IMG/VR virus record: IMGVR_UViG_3300030109_004674
Span: 1 to 63,652 of that record
Reading direction: 5' to 3' (one strand)
DNA: 63,652 bases
Origin: a virus
Lineage: Duplodnaviria > Caudoviricetes
In this document: positions 15,297-26,300 of the stretch, piece by piece
Numbering within the stretch: position 1 is the stretch's first letter
Layout: each line of letters begins with the position of its first letter
Program-made: the position numbers and the translations under genes
Notes under the pieces: model-generated
The model's input: the letters and a program-made list of their open reading frames with translations, nothing else
Told to the model about the DNA's origin: nothing
The model's database searches: none

Positions 15297-17564
15297 ATGC
15301 TGTTTTACATAACTGAATCACATAGGCCAAATAGAATAGAGGAGAAGAAAGATAAAGATTATCATTTAAGATTTGGTAGGTGGGTTTTAAATGGATTGAA
15401 TCATCCATTACACCAGGCTTACGTAAAGAAATCAATGATTAACTGGTCATTCTACAAAGGTAATCAGTGGATATTTGATGAAGACCTAGAAGCTTTCTTT
15501 ATGGATGAGTCCGGAGATATTCGGAATCGACTGAAGTTTCAAAAGAACATGATTAGACCAATGGTAGAGCAGTACGTAGGTAATGCTATTAGACTACCAT
15601 ATCGTGCAAGAGCAAAAGCTCAATCTGATTATGTAATCAACAAAAGAGAAGAAGAATTGGCAAAGCTTGCATTTTATCATGACGCTAGAGAGTCAGATGA
15701 TTTAATGGAAAAGCATATCGATAAAAGCATCCCTCTCGGTGAGACGAGAGAGGAAACCATGGAGATATTTGAAAATGTATTCGTCAATGAATACGAAAGA
15801 GATATTAATGGTTTATTGCAATGGATGGAAAAGCATGTTGATATTGACCAAATAAAATTCATTACTACAAAGCATTTAGCCATTACTGGTTTAGGTGCAT
15901 ATATGGGTTCTGAGTATAACTCAAATTATATTGGAGAAGCAGTTGACCCAATGTATTGTTGGTTTGATAGATCAGCACAAAAACCTGATTTAACTGATGC
16001 AGAGTACCAAGGTAGATGGTATTACCATGATGTACCATCAATTCTAGAAAGATGGCAAGGCATTACTAATGAACAAAGAAGAACAATTGAACAAGCTTCT
16101 AAAAACGAAAGCACATCGGTCAATAAGATAGTACAGCAGTTTTACAACCATACAGGAAGTAAGATACCTGTATTTGAAACATTCTGGAAAGATACGGAAC
16201 AGCAGTGGTATGGATGGGTTAATGATGAGTATGGATACCCTTTCTTTACTTTAATCGATCACGAAAATAGTGCTTATACTACAAAAGACTTAATCGACCC
16301 ACCAAACGATTCTCATAAAGAAATACTAGGTAAAAAGAAGAAAGCAAAAATATACGTTGACGTACTAAGGTATTGCACATTTATACCAAAAGAAGAAGTT
16401 GGTAATTTAGGAGCAGGAAGCGAAGATATAGTTTTGGAACACGGTATTTTGCCGTATGAAGAAACATATTGGTTTGACCCTTCTAATGTAGAGTTTCCAA
16501 TTAAGTTTTACGCTTGGTCTTATGATAAAGGAGAAGTTCTTTCACCATTAGATGACGCAATACAACCTCAAAGGTTTATTAATAGGATGCTATCCATAGC
16601 GGAATCACATGTGAATAACATGAGAGGTTCAGGAACTGTTATAGCTAAAAACGCTATAGACCCTAGAGATGGTGAGGAAAAAATTCAAAGAAACATTAAT
16701 AAAGGCAAACCAATTACTGTTGACATTACAAGGACTGGGTCAGTACAAAATGCTATTGGAACGTATGGTACCGATCTTGGTGGAGGTGTTAACCAGATTT
16801 TTAGCTTAGTTAAAGAAATGCAGGTAAGCCTTCAGGATGTAACAGGGATAAATGAGGCTATGACAGGAACTCAAGGAGACTCTTTAGTTGGTGTTATTCA
16901 ATCTCAAATACAAAGAGGTACCTTAATTCAAGAGCCATTTTATTTTGCTTTAACATCAATACTTAAGCAAGCATACCAACATATGGCTACAGTTGGTAAA
17001 AGGATTTACCACGACAACCCTAGAAAGCTTACAATGATAACCGGAGACAAAGGTTTAGAAAGAATCAACATTACAAAAGAAATGATGTTAGAGGATTTTA
17101 GAATTTTTATCGAAAGGTCACAGCCAAAAGAAACACAATTGGAAACTACGAACAATTTAATATTGACGTTATTCCAAATGGGATTAATAGACAATAATGT
17201 AGCTGCTAATTTATTTAACAGAGCAGACGCTGATGAAGTTGCTACAGCAATGAGACAGCATCAGATTAATCTTAAAACTGCTACCAACAGAACGGATAAC
17301 CAACAAATGGCTGCAGAAAACCAAATGATGGCAGACGCTCAACAAGAACAGGAAATGGCTAGGTTAGACCAAGAGCAAATGATGGAAATGCAAATGGAAG
17401 AATCTGAAAGAGCCAGACAACATGAAGTAGACCAAACATTATTAAGAGGGGAGCTTCAGGATCAGAGAGAAAGGACTAGAGCTGAACTAAAAAAAGATGG
17501 TGAACTGAACGAGGAAGATGCAGAGATTGCAGACAATATAAAAAGAATGCTACGTTCTAGTTAA
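15297..17564 (+). CDS. Portal protein
   Basis: 755 aa; FYKGNQW, NMIRPMVEQYVG, QDVTGINEAMTG motifs; Q/M-rich C-terminal coil; position between TerL and scaffold. Confidence 0.85.
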   Translation: MLFYITESHRPNRIEEKKDKDYHLRFGRWVLNGLNHPLHQAYVKKSMINWSFYKGNQWIFDEDLEAFFMDESGDIRNRLKFQKNMIRPMVEQYVGNAIRLPYRARAKAQSDYVINKREEELAKLAFYHDARESDDLMEKHIDKSIPLGETREETMEIFENVFVNEYERDINGLLQWMEKHVDIDQIKFITTKHLAITGLGAYMGSEYNSNYIGEAVDPMYCWFDRSAQKPDLTDAEYQGRWYYHDVPSILERWQGITNEQRRTIEQASKNESTSVNKIVQQFYNHTGSKIPVFETFWKDTEQQWYGWVNDEYGYPFFTLIDHENSAYTTKDLIDPPNDSHKEILGKKKKAKIYVDVLRYCTFIPKEEVGNLGAGSEDIVLEHGILPYEETYWFDPSNVEFPIKFYAWSYDKGEVLSPLDDAIQPQRFINRMLSIAESHVNNMRGSGTVIAKNAIDPRDGEEKIQRNINKGKPITVDITRTGSVQNAIGTYGTDLGGGVNQIFSLVKEMQVSLQDVTGINEAMTGTQGDSLVGVIQSQIQRGTLIQEPFYFALTSILKQAYQHMATVGKRIYHDNPRKLTMITGDKGLERINITKEMMLEDFRIFIERSQPKETQLETTNNLILTLFQMGLIDNNVAANLFNRADADEVATAMRQHQINLKTATNRTDNQQMAAENQMMADAQQEQEMARLDQEQMMEMQMEESERARQHEVDQTLLRGELQDQRERTRAELKKDGELNEEDAEIADNIKRMLRSS

Positions 17565-17575
17565 ACATTTATTGA

Positions 17576-17583
17576 TATATTTG
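17576..17583 (+). promoter_or_regulatory. TAnnTTTG (-7) promoter element for scaffold-MCP
   Basis: TATATTTG in the intergenic gap. Confidence 0.55.
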
Positions 17584-17613
17584 CGTATATTGTCATGTAA
17601 AATGTAATGAAAT

Positions 17614-18888
17614 ATGTCTGAAGAGAAAAGTGAATCAAAAGCAACTGAGGAACAAGAAGTTGTAGAGGTTCAGGAAACAGAGCAACAAGAAGAACAGAGT
17701 AATCCTACGGCACAGGAAAGAGAAACGGGTGGTCAACCACTGGGCAAGACTACAGATGAAAGAGCAGCTGAAATAGACCACATAATGAATATGGCTAAAA
17801 CTAATCCAGCCATAAAGGAAATGCCTGAGTATCAAGAAATGATGGAGGAATTATCCAAAATTGAAAAGAGTAAAACTCAGGAAGTTCAAGACACAGAGCA
17901 AGAAGAAGCAGAAGAACAGGAAGAAGAAACTCAAGAGGAAACTCAAGAGAGTGAACAAGAGGAAGAAACCTTGGACATTGATGATGAAGACGATGTTTTC
18001 GGAATCAATAAAGGTAGAAAAGGTACTAAGTATAAATTCAAAGACAGAAAAGAAGTTGATGAGTTTATGAAGAAAAAGTACGGTGCCAAAGATTACCCAA
18101 AGCTCTTTGAATCGGTTGATAAGTGGAGGAACGATAGTCAACAACTAACTCAAGTACAAGAACAAAATGAGAAAATAGTTGAAGGATTAGGTTCTTTACC
18201 ACAACCAATTAAGGATGCCATCCAAGCTTACAGTGAAAGTGAGGATTGGCGATCAGCATTCTCGAATGCAGCTACGCATTTAGATTTTAATGCAGAATTT
18301 GAAGAACTTAACAAAGAGGCCGTTGTTGAGCATTACTTCAAAAGAAGGTATGAATCTTTACGCAAAAAACTGGATGAAGAGGATATTGATGAGGATGAGT
18401 ATAATGATAGAATTGAAGATTTTTATGATTCCTCTCAAAGATTGTTTGCGTCAGATAAGAAGACTATAGAGAAAGAACGTGCCAAGGTGATTAAGAAACA
18501 AGAGGAAAGCGAAGAGGCTTTCAAAGGTTCTGCACTTGGTTCCGTCAATTCTTTAAAGGATGAGTTCCCTAACTTCAGTAGCAGTCAGTTGCAAAAAATT
18601 AGACGGCACTTGGTTAACGGTGATATTAATAGTCTATTCGTAGAAGATGGCAAATATATTAAAGATGCTGCCAAAAGGATTGCTTTTGCTTTGTATGGTG
18701 AAAAGATCATAAAGGCTAAAGTAACCAAAGCGAAAAGAACTGGTAAGAATGAGTCTAAAGAAGAGTTCTTTAGCAGAGGTAACAGTAAAGTGAAAACTTC
18801 TAGAAGCCAGCAAGGTCATAGTGCTGCTAGAACAGAGCAATCTGTAAACCACCTGCAAGGACAATTTAAAGAAGACCCATATTCTTAA
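17614..18888 (+). CDS. Capsid scaffolding protein (probable)
   Basis: Highly acidic coiled coil located between portal and MCP. Confidence 0.7.
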   Translation: MSEEKSESKATEEQEVVEVQETEQQEEQSNPTAQERETGGQPLGKTTDERAAEIDHIMNMAKTNPAIKEMPEYQEMMEELSKIEKSKTQEVQDTEQEEAEEQEEETQEETQESEQEEETLDIDDEDDVFGINKGRKGTKYKFKDRKEVDEFMKKKYGAKDYPKLFESVDKWRNDSQQLTQVQEQNEKIVEGLGSLPQPIKDAIQAYSESEDWRSAFSNAATHLDFNAEFEELNKEAVVEHYFKRRYESLRKKLDEEDIDEDEYNDRIEDFYDSSQRLFASDKKTIEKERAKVIKKQEESEEAFKGSALGSVNSLKDEFPNFSSSQLQKIRRHLVNGDINSLFVEDGKYIKDAAKRIAFALYGEKIIKAKVTKAKRTGKNESKEEFFSRGNSKVKTSRSQQGHSAARTEQSVNHLQGQFKEDPYS

Positions 18889-18925
18889 TTATTAATTAGT
18901 TAACAAAAAGTAAAAAAGAAAAAAA

Positions 18926-20161
18926 ATGGCAATTTACGACAATGCTTCAGACAAGAGCATAGTGAACTTAAACTCAGTTGGTTCACAGTATGCTAGTGAC
19001 TTCAGTCACGATACCTCTATTTTAGTAGAGAAGATTACTAACAAAGCTATCTTTGATGCTTCACCACAACAGTTCATGGATTTGAAACTGTTAAACATGA
19101 AGCCATCAGTTCCTGTAAACTCTGATGAGTTTTTCTACCAGGAAATGGATTATCAAAGAAAAGTTTCAGTAGCTGCTTCATCGCCTGCTGGTGTAACTTA
19201 CCCAACAACTCAAGCTATTACGTTAACCTCGGTAGACGATATCGCAGAGGATTATGTAATTGTATATCCTAACAACAAAAAAGGTATTGTAACTGACGTT
19301 AACACAACTACTAAAATTGTTACAATTACTCCTTTAAATGGAGATACCGTTCCTACTGTAACAAGTGGAGATAACATTCACTTACTATCGCCTGTTGAAG
19401 CTGATGGTGCAGATGGATTTGCAAACATGTTTAGAGCTACAACTACTGAGCGTTACAACTACGTACAGTTGTTTTCTAAAACAATCCGTTATGGTGAAGT
19501 TGAGTTGTACAAGCTTCAAAAAGCTGCTGCAACTGACAATTTTATTGAAATGGAAAAGAACGCAATGTTCAGTCAGTTCAGAACAGATATTTCAAATGCA
19601 TTTTGGAATGGTGAAAAAGGTGAGGCTATTTTAGCTAATGGTGATAAAGCAAAACTTACTCAAGGTGTTTACCCTGCGATGGTTGCTGCTGGTTCTCCAA
19701 ACGCTTCTGCAACATTAGCAACTTTAAAAGAGTCTTTTGAAGACACAGTATTGGATACTGAATTTGGTGAGTATGGTGCAGTGAGAATGGCTTTTGCTAC
19801 TCCAAAGATTATCTTAAAGCTTTCTAAGCAGTACAAAGATACTTTGACAAGATACACTCCGAATGATGAGATTGCTAAACTAGGTCTTAAAGAAATCGAT
19901 TTAGGTTCTTCTAGAATTGTATTGGTTCCTTACTCAAGATTTGGTAGTGACGCATCTTTCCCTGCTGCATTCGCAAACAGAATCTTCATCGTAGATATGA
20001 AGAACATTACATTGAGATCAATGTGGGGTGAGAGATCAGGAGAAACTCTTGATAGAGTTCAAGGTGTTCCAAAGAGATACAAGGAAATGTGGGTTGACGC
20101 TAACTACGGTGTTCAGTTCAACAATCCTTTAGCTTGTGGATACATCGATGTAACACTATAA
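18926..20161 (+). CDS. Major capsid protein (SU10/DUF5309-like)
   Basis: YNYVQLFSKTI...FRTDISNAFWNGEK...LTQGV; strong codon bias; followed by a terminator. Confidence 0.85.
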   Translation: MAIYDNASDKSIVNLNSVGSQYASDFSHDTSILVEKITNKAIFDASPQQFMDLKLLNMKPSVPVNSDEFFYQEMDYQRKVSVAASSPAGVTYPTTQAITLTSVDDIAEDYVIVYPNNKKGIVTDVNTTTKIVTITPLNGDTVPTVTSGDNIHLLSPVEADGADGFANMFRATTTERYNYVQLFSKTIRYGEVELYKLQKAAATDNFIEMEKNAMFSQFRTDISNAFWNGEKGEAILANGDKAKLTQGVYPAMVAAGSPNASATLATLKESFEDTVLDTEFGEYGAVRMAFATPKIILKLSKQYKDTLTRYTPNDEIAKLGLKEIDLGSSRIVLVPYSRFGSDASFPAAFANRIFIVDMKNITLRSMWGERSGETLDRVQGVPKRYKEMWVDANYGVQFNNPLACGYIDVTL

Positions 20162-20177
20162 TACTTAATTTATACAG

Positions 20178-20207
20178 AAAGCCTGCTCATAATTGGGCAG
20201 GCTTTTT
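20178..20207 (+). terminator. Intrinsic terminator after MCP
   Basis: AAAGCCTGCTCA-taat-TGGGCAGGCTTTTT. Confidence 0.85.
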
Positions 20208-20229
20208 AAAACAACGTAAGAAAAGATAA

Positions 20230-21015
20230 ATGAAAAGTTCAGTTAATAAGGGAAATGAGAAAGCATCGCAGCAAAAAGCTACTCAAGAAGCAAAAGAAAT
20301 AGCTGCAAAAAAACTAAGTGAGATACCTCAATCTGTTGAAACAGAAAGTGCGGAAATGACACTTATTAAAGACCTTCAAGCTAAAATTAATAGACTGGAG
20401 GCAAAAGCATCTAGCAGTAATGAAGAAAGTTTAGAGCCATCTGTAGAAGATGATTATTTAGAAGACCCCGTAATGTTTTTCTCTTATGGTAGTACATGGA
20501 GAGTTTATGGGGATAAAAGAAGAGGAAAAATTGTACACGCACCTGTAGATGGTGGTATTAAGTTTTCTAAAGCTTACAGATACGAAAGAAGAACTGCTGC
20601 TAGAAGAGGTATGGAAATAGTTTCTGTTTGTTCAGTTACTGTTCAAAGTAAAGCCCTGGTAAAATGGTTGAGAGAACATACTTTGTTTGGTGTAAAGTTT
20701 TTTGAATCAATCAGTGACGCTTCTTCTGTAGATGTTACGTTTGCAGAAAAAATGACTGAAATCAATCATATGGTTAGCAATATGAGCGATATGCAGGCAG
20801 TAGAACGAGCTAGAATGGAGGGCGTTAATACAAATACACCAGACATTGACCTTGTTAGAAAGCAGCTGGTTGAGAAGTTAACAAGAAAAGATTTGAACGC
20901 AGAAAGTAACAACAAAAAGTCTTATCACGTTAACTCATTAAACGCAGCTCAAGCAGGTGAGTCAAATAAGCTTATAAACAAAGGTGTAGCTTCCGGACAG
21001 GATGTTTACACATAA
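20230..21015 (+). CDS. Hypothetical protein (virion module)
   Basis: 261-aa ORF after MCP. Confidence 0.7.
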   Translation: MKSSVNKGNEKASQQKATQEAKEIAAKKLSEIPQSVETESAEMTLIKDLQAKINRLEAKASSSNEESLEPSVEDDYLEDPVMFFSYGSTWRVYGDKRRGKIVHAPVDGGIKFSKAYRYERRTAARRGMEIVSVCSVTVQSKALVKWLREHTLFGVKFFESISDASSVDVTFAEKMTEINHMVSNMSDMQAVERARMEGVNTNTPDIDLVRKQLVEKLTRKDLNAESNNKKSYHVNSLNAAQAGESNKLINKGVASGQDVYT

Positions 21016-21026
21016 AAACATAAAAG

Positions 21027-21788
21027 ATGGCGATAGCAGCACAGGATTTAGCGGATAAAATAAGATTTGCATTAGACGCAGAGAACGCTGATCACTATGG
21101 TGATAATGAAGATATTATACCAGCTATAAATTCTTCAGTTCAGTGGCTGATATCGGTTATCAATTCTGTCTTAGGACAAAAAAAATTAGGAGAGGAAATA
21201 TTTAGGGAATTAACATTTGCTAGAGTTTTCAGAACATCAAGTGATTCTAGAATATCGTTAGAGGTATTTCCTGATGATCCATGGACAATTCTAGCGGTGT
21301 ATCCTCTTCCAACAACAGGGGATAATGATGGTACATATACAGAGCCTACGGATAAAAAGGAAAGTGCTCATGTTACTAACAAATATCATATAACATCTGA
21401 TTATTCCGCTAAAAGACTAACTATAGAAGAATGGGCTTTAAACAAACAAAACCCATTTGCTGCAGGCTATGCTGGTACCGCTGTATGCGACACTTTAAAA
21501 GAGTACGCATATTTAAGTCCATTTGATTATCGTTCTAATGACTCGGCACCACAAAAGCAAGAAATCGAAGTAAGACCTGCTGTTGTTAACGATGAGGTAA
21601 CTGTTTTTTATATTAAAAAACCGACCAAAATTACCGCACTAACTGATAGTATTGAGTTTCCGGATTCTGTATTTTCGTTGCTATTTAACAAAGCTTTAGC
21701 TTATATTGCATATAAGCAAGGAGATGGCACGAATATTAGTCAAATTAGTGGTCAAGATATCTCAATACTGTTAAGAGCAATTAGTTAG
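21027..21788 (+). CDS. Head-tail adaptor / tail ring protein
   Basis: Ends V.YIKKP...IEFPDS...L...ALAY, a ring-protein pattern; position. Confidence 0.65.
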   Translation: MAIAAQDLADKIRFALDAENADHYGDNEDIIPAINSSVQWLISVINSVLGQKKLGEEIFRELTFARVFRTSSDSRISLEVFPDDPWTILAVYPLPTTGDNDGTYTEPTDKKESAHVTNKYHITSDYSAKRLTIEEWALNKQNPFAAGYAGTAVCDTLKEYAYLSPFDYRSNDSAPQKQEIEVRPAVVNDEVTVFYIKKPTKITALTDSIEFPDSVFSLLFNKALAYIAYKQGDGTNISQISGQDISILLRAIS

Positions 21789-21790
21789 TT

Positions 21791-22585
21791 ATGGCAACAT
21801 ATAGACACGTATTATACAACGTACTTGAGTCTTACAAGAAAGTACACGACGACACAACTGTGCAACCTGCTCAAGTTGTTTTTTGGATTCAGGTAGTAAC
21901 GAATCGTTTAAGGAGGGAGAACAAAGAAGAGATAGGTTTAGCGAGATATCTAACAAGGTTCTGTAGTGTTCCTGTATATACGGACGCTAATTGTAAAAAT
22001 CAAAAGTATATTGACATTCCTACTGATGTTTTTGACATGGATAATGACAAAGGCATTCAGTATATAACGTACAATTACGACACAGGTTGCTGTTGTACCG
22101 GGCCTAATTTTTCACAAGTTCAATTTCAACCTACATCTCCTGGAGAATCAATGAGGTTACAAATGGACGAGTATGAGCGACCAAGTCCAAAACAACCATA
22201 CTTTTACAGGGTTACAGGTATTAATAATTGTGACAATGTAAATAGAATATACTTTTTAGGTTTAGAGTGTATAGATGTTTCTGACGTAGAAATAGGTATT
22301 GTTTGTAGTCAAGACCCATCACAGGTGTGTAATCTAGATGAAGAGATTCCATTACCAGAGTGGTTGATAGAAGAGTTAATAACAAGAGTTTTAAACTTAG
22401 GAAGATTTATCTTAATATCACCACAAGAAAGAGTTAATGACGGATCAGACTTAACAAGACGTTCTGTTAATCAAGTTCCAAAAACAGAAACTCCACAGCC
22501 TACAGAAGAGCAGATTGTTAATCAAGCTGCAACGCAACAAGAACAAAGACAAAGAATACAAAATCAATTAGCAAATGGACAGTAA
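21791..22585 (+). CDS. Tail ring protein (probable)
   Basis: DPSQVCNLDEEIPLPEWLIEELI C-terminal pattern; position. Confidence 0.6.
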   Translation: MATYRHVLYNVLESYKKVHDDTTVQPAQVVFWIQVVTNRLRRENKEEIGLARYLTRFCSVPVYTDANCKNQKYIDIPTDVFDMDNDKGIQYITYNYDTGCCCTGPNFSQVQFQPTSPGESMRLQMDEYERPSPKQPYFYRVTGINNCDNVNRIYFLGLECIDVSDVEIGIVCSQDPSQVCNLDEEIPLPEWLIEELITRVLNLGRFILISPQERVNDGSDLTRRSVNQVPKTETPQPTEEQIVNQAATQQEQRQRIQNQLANGQ

Positions 22586-23312
22586 CGATTACTTATCAGT
22601 GAATCACATTTTAGCTGAAGCTTCACAAGCTTTGGCAGATAAGGATTTTAGAAGTGGAATGTCTAAAGGTTGGTATATTTCCAGAATACAAGATGCACTT
22701 CAAGAAATAGCTATTGATACTTTTTATCAAAAAATTACGGATGATTTCGATGTTCCTTCGGACTTGAATCTTCCAATGATAGATAATGCTTTTAATATTA
22801 GATTAATGGTTTTGTATAACGGTGATTGTTGTACGCCTAGTTCATCCGCTACCGTTCATTGGAAAAGAAACTACAATAACAAAAAAAAAGTTGATGGTGC
22901 GGCTACAAGAAATATGCCTACAGAAAAAGCTAATAGACATGACCCTATTTTGCCTTCAACTAGAGGTGTTAGCAATTACTACTACGCAGCTGTAGAGAAT
23001 GGCATTATTAGTTTAAGCCCTGGTTGTGCAGCATTTTCCAAAATAAGAATAACTTATAATGGAATGGGTATACAGGTTGGAGACACTCCGGTTATTCCCA
23101 GGTTTTTTGAAAGAGCAGTAAATGCATATGTTCAGTATCAGTTTTGGTTAGCTAAATCAGCGGTAGAGCCACGAAAGTGGATTGGTCTTTTAGATAGAGC
23201 AGACGCAAAATATAATCAAGAGTTAGAAAAAGCAAAGATTAGAATATCCAGTATGAATTCTTTCGAAAAAGAATCAATGGACGAATACATATCAAACGCA
23301 TTACATAAGTAA
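22575..23312 (+). CDS. Tail ring protein (probable)
   Basis: IRITYNG...PVIPRFFERAVNAYV pattern; position. Confidence 0.6.
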   Translation: MDSNDYLSVNHILAEASQALADKDFRSGMSKGWYISRIQDALQEIAIDTFYQKITDDFDVPSDLNLPMIDNAFNIRLMVLYNGDCCTPSSSATVHWKRNYNNKKKVDGAATRNMPTEKANRHDPILPSTRGVSNYYYAAVENGIISLSPGCAAFSKIRITYNGMGIQVGDTPVIPRFFERAVNAYVQYQFWLAKSAVEPRKWIGLLDRADAKYNQELEKAKIRISSMNSFEKESMDEYISNALHK

Positions 23313-23314
23313 GA

Positions 23315-26300
23315 ATGAAACAATTACATCATCCTAAAGACTCAAAAACCTACGTAAAAGGGGCAAATAGAGATATTGAAAAAGAATTTCTCAGTGGAGA
23401 TGAAGGTTCATATCTAGATGCCTGCAACATGCGTCCTACAGACATGGATGGGGATAATGGTGCATTGCCTAAAATAAAAGGTGAGAAAATACATTATGCT
23501 GCAGTAGATAATAATTGTCAAGACGGAACAAGTAGTCCATTATCTTCTAGTTATAAATGTATAGGTACAGTTGAGGTTAATGATAATATCATAGAATTTT
23601 GGGCAGACGAAAACCAAGCTTTAGATTCTTTCGTTAGAATTAATGGCACGATAGTTTTAAAAAGCCCTGACTTTCCAATAAGACACGATTATCCTTTACA
23701 AATTGCTAAGAACGAATCCTGTGCAGGAGGAGAGGTTTATGTAACAGACAACTTTAATACCCCTATGTTTTTTAATGTAGAGGATTTAATGATTAACGCA
23801 GGGATTTTTAACTCATCCGATTGTAGTGATAAGTATTTTTCACAATACAATCCGAATCAATATAAACTTTCTTTACAAGGTAGTCTCAATGTTCCAAAAT
23901 TTATCGATCTTGAATCAACTGGTTCAACATCTATAAGCTATAGAAAAAGAAATGGTGCAGGAGGTTTACCTGTAGGAACATATGCGTATGCAATGAGGTA
24001 TGTGTCGGATTCTGGAGAAAGAACAAATGTAGGGATGTTTACGCCTACTATACCTGTTGTAAGTCAATATTCATCTCAAAGCACAATATACCCATATTCC
24101 AAAACAATGGGTGATTTGCCTAACGAAACAAACCTGACACAATTCGCAATAAGACTTAGGGTTAGGGTTAGTAATACTAACAACTACGATTACATAGAAA
24201 TTATTCGTATTAGATGGACTAGTGGTACTGCTTTAGGAACACCGCCTGCAGGTGAGGTTATATTAAAAATAGATATTGAAGAAGGTGAGGTTGGTTCATT
24301 CGATGTCGAAGATGCGTCTTTAAGCAAGGTAGAAGATCTTACCCAAGAAGAAGAAGCTGATGTATTAAACGCTGTAGCAAAGGCTAAGTCGATAAGGTAT
24401 TACGAAAACAAACTTTATTTAGGTAATGTTCAATACGCCAGTAAAGACATTGACACAGACTTAACTTTCGATACCGTTGGAGGAGTTGCAAAAATACACC
24501 CAACAATAGAAGCTTTAGGCAAAAGTGGACATAGTTTACCATATAATTATGCTTACCATAAAAGCTATATGTCTACTGAAAAGTATGGTTTTGGTATAGT
24601 GGCTATGGATGAAAACGGTTCTAGGTCATTTGTAAAAAAGATAGACGGTGCTGGTAATGTAGAAGTTCCTTCAAGAAGAGATCCTGTCTCTCAAGAAACT
24701 ATAGATACATCAATTAAAGGCATTCCTAAAGCTGCATTAACTCTAGGTGGAGCAAATTATTGTCATGAAGTATTTGATATGGATGACGCAGTAGGTAAAA
24801 CTGAGCGGTGTTCATTTGTAAACATGATTGACGAAGGAAGAAAGTGTTACAGAAACGTAGGTGATGGAGAACAAAATTTTGGTTCATGTAGTAATGCGGA
24901 TTCATTAAAAAAAATATCTACTTCCTGTGCAGGTAAAAAAATAAAATGCAAAGATTTAGGGTTTAGAGGTTTAAGACCTTATTACCCCGCAGATAGTTAT
25001 ACTAATCATAATTATAATCCAACTCAAGAAATTTACAGAAGCAGAACAGGTAAAGTGGTTTCTCCTTCTAGGAAAATGTTTGCACCAAATTATTATGCAA
25101 AAGGATTTTCTATTGAAGGAATAAATCTACCTAGCTGGGTAAAATCATTTTCAATAATGAGAACTCAACCTGCTAAAAAAGTAGAAGCCCAAGGGCTGGC
25201 ATTTTATGCTTTAAAGAGTGCCGATGGTTTATTTGGTGCTAACACAATGAAGTATAAAAACAGAGTGTGGTTTTACTCCCCCGATATGAATCAAGATAGT
25301 GGATTGTATCCACAAATCTTTGACCAGGTTTTAAGCGGTGTTGGTACGGGGGAGTATTCTTTGAAAATGGAAAGTCCATTAGGGTTTAGTAGTGAGTATT
25401 ATAACTTCAATGAAAAAGCTTGTGGTGCAGTTCCGACTTTTGGTATTGATATGATTTCTTATGCTAGGTTAATGAGAGATAAAGTTTCTGCTGAATTCAA
25501 CCCAATGGAAAGTAGTAGCATGGGAATACCTGGTCCAGATGGACAGAGATATGTTTCTTGGGGTGAATGGAGAAGAGAGTCTTCGCCAATACCTCCTGCT
25601 TTTGGAACAGGAACTAATTCAAATTTATTTAATATCACCAATATAAAAGTAATAAAAGGTGCAGGTACTACAGCAGGAGATAGAGGGGGTCACTATTGGG
25701 AAGTTACTTTAGATAAAGATGTTTACGCTTCAGGAGGTTTAGGCTCTGGGTATTCTTTAGATTTTCAAGACGAAGCAGTAAGAAATTGGCACGAGCCAGT
25801 ATATGTTTGCTCTATTGTAAGAAATGCTAACTCTGTAGAAGACCCTCAGATACAAGATTACATACCAACAGGTCAAATACAGCATGTACGCTCTTTAGTG
25901 GCAGCTAGTTTAGATGATACAGATCCTATAACAGCAAACTTAGTTGATGAAAGATGGGAAGATTGTATACCTGATTTACAAGACTCTAGTGGTAATCAAA
26001 TAGCAGAAACACTAATGCCTACTCAGTCTGCTGAGTATTATAATTTAGATAGATTTGTTACTGTTATTGATAGTCAAGGAAACGAGAAAAAGTGGATTAA
26101 TTGTACTTTTAAAACAGCGTCACAAATTAACACTATACTGCAAGACATACAGAACAATGGCTACTACCAATCAACAGACGGCTCATCAACTAGAGTTTAC
26201 GGTATATACAAACACACAGACTATAATAATAGGCGATTTGCATTAAAGTTTGATACAGGAGGTTGGCCTTCGGGAGTAAATACATCTTTGTATCCAGACG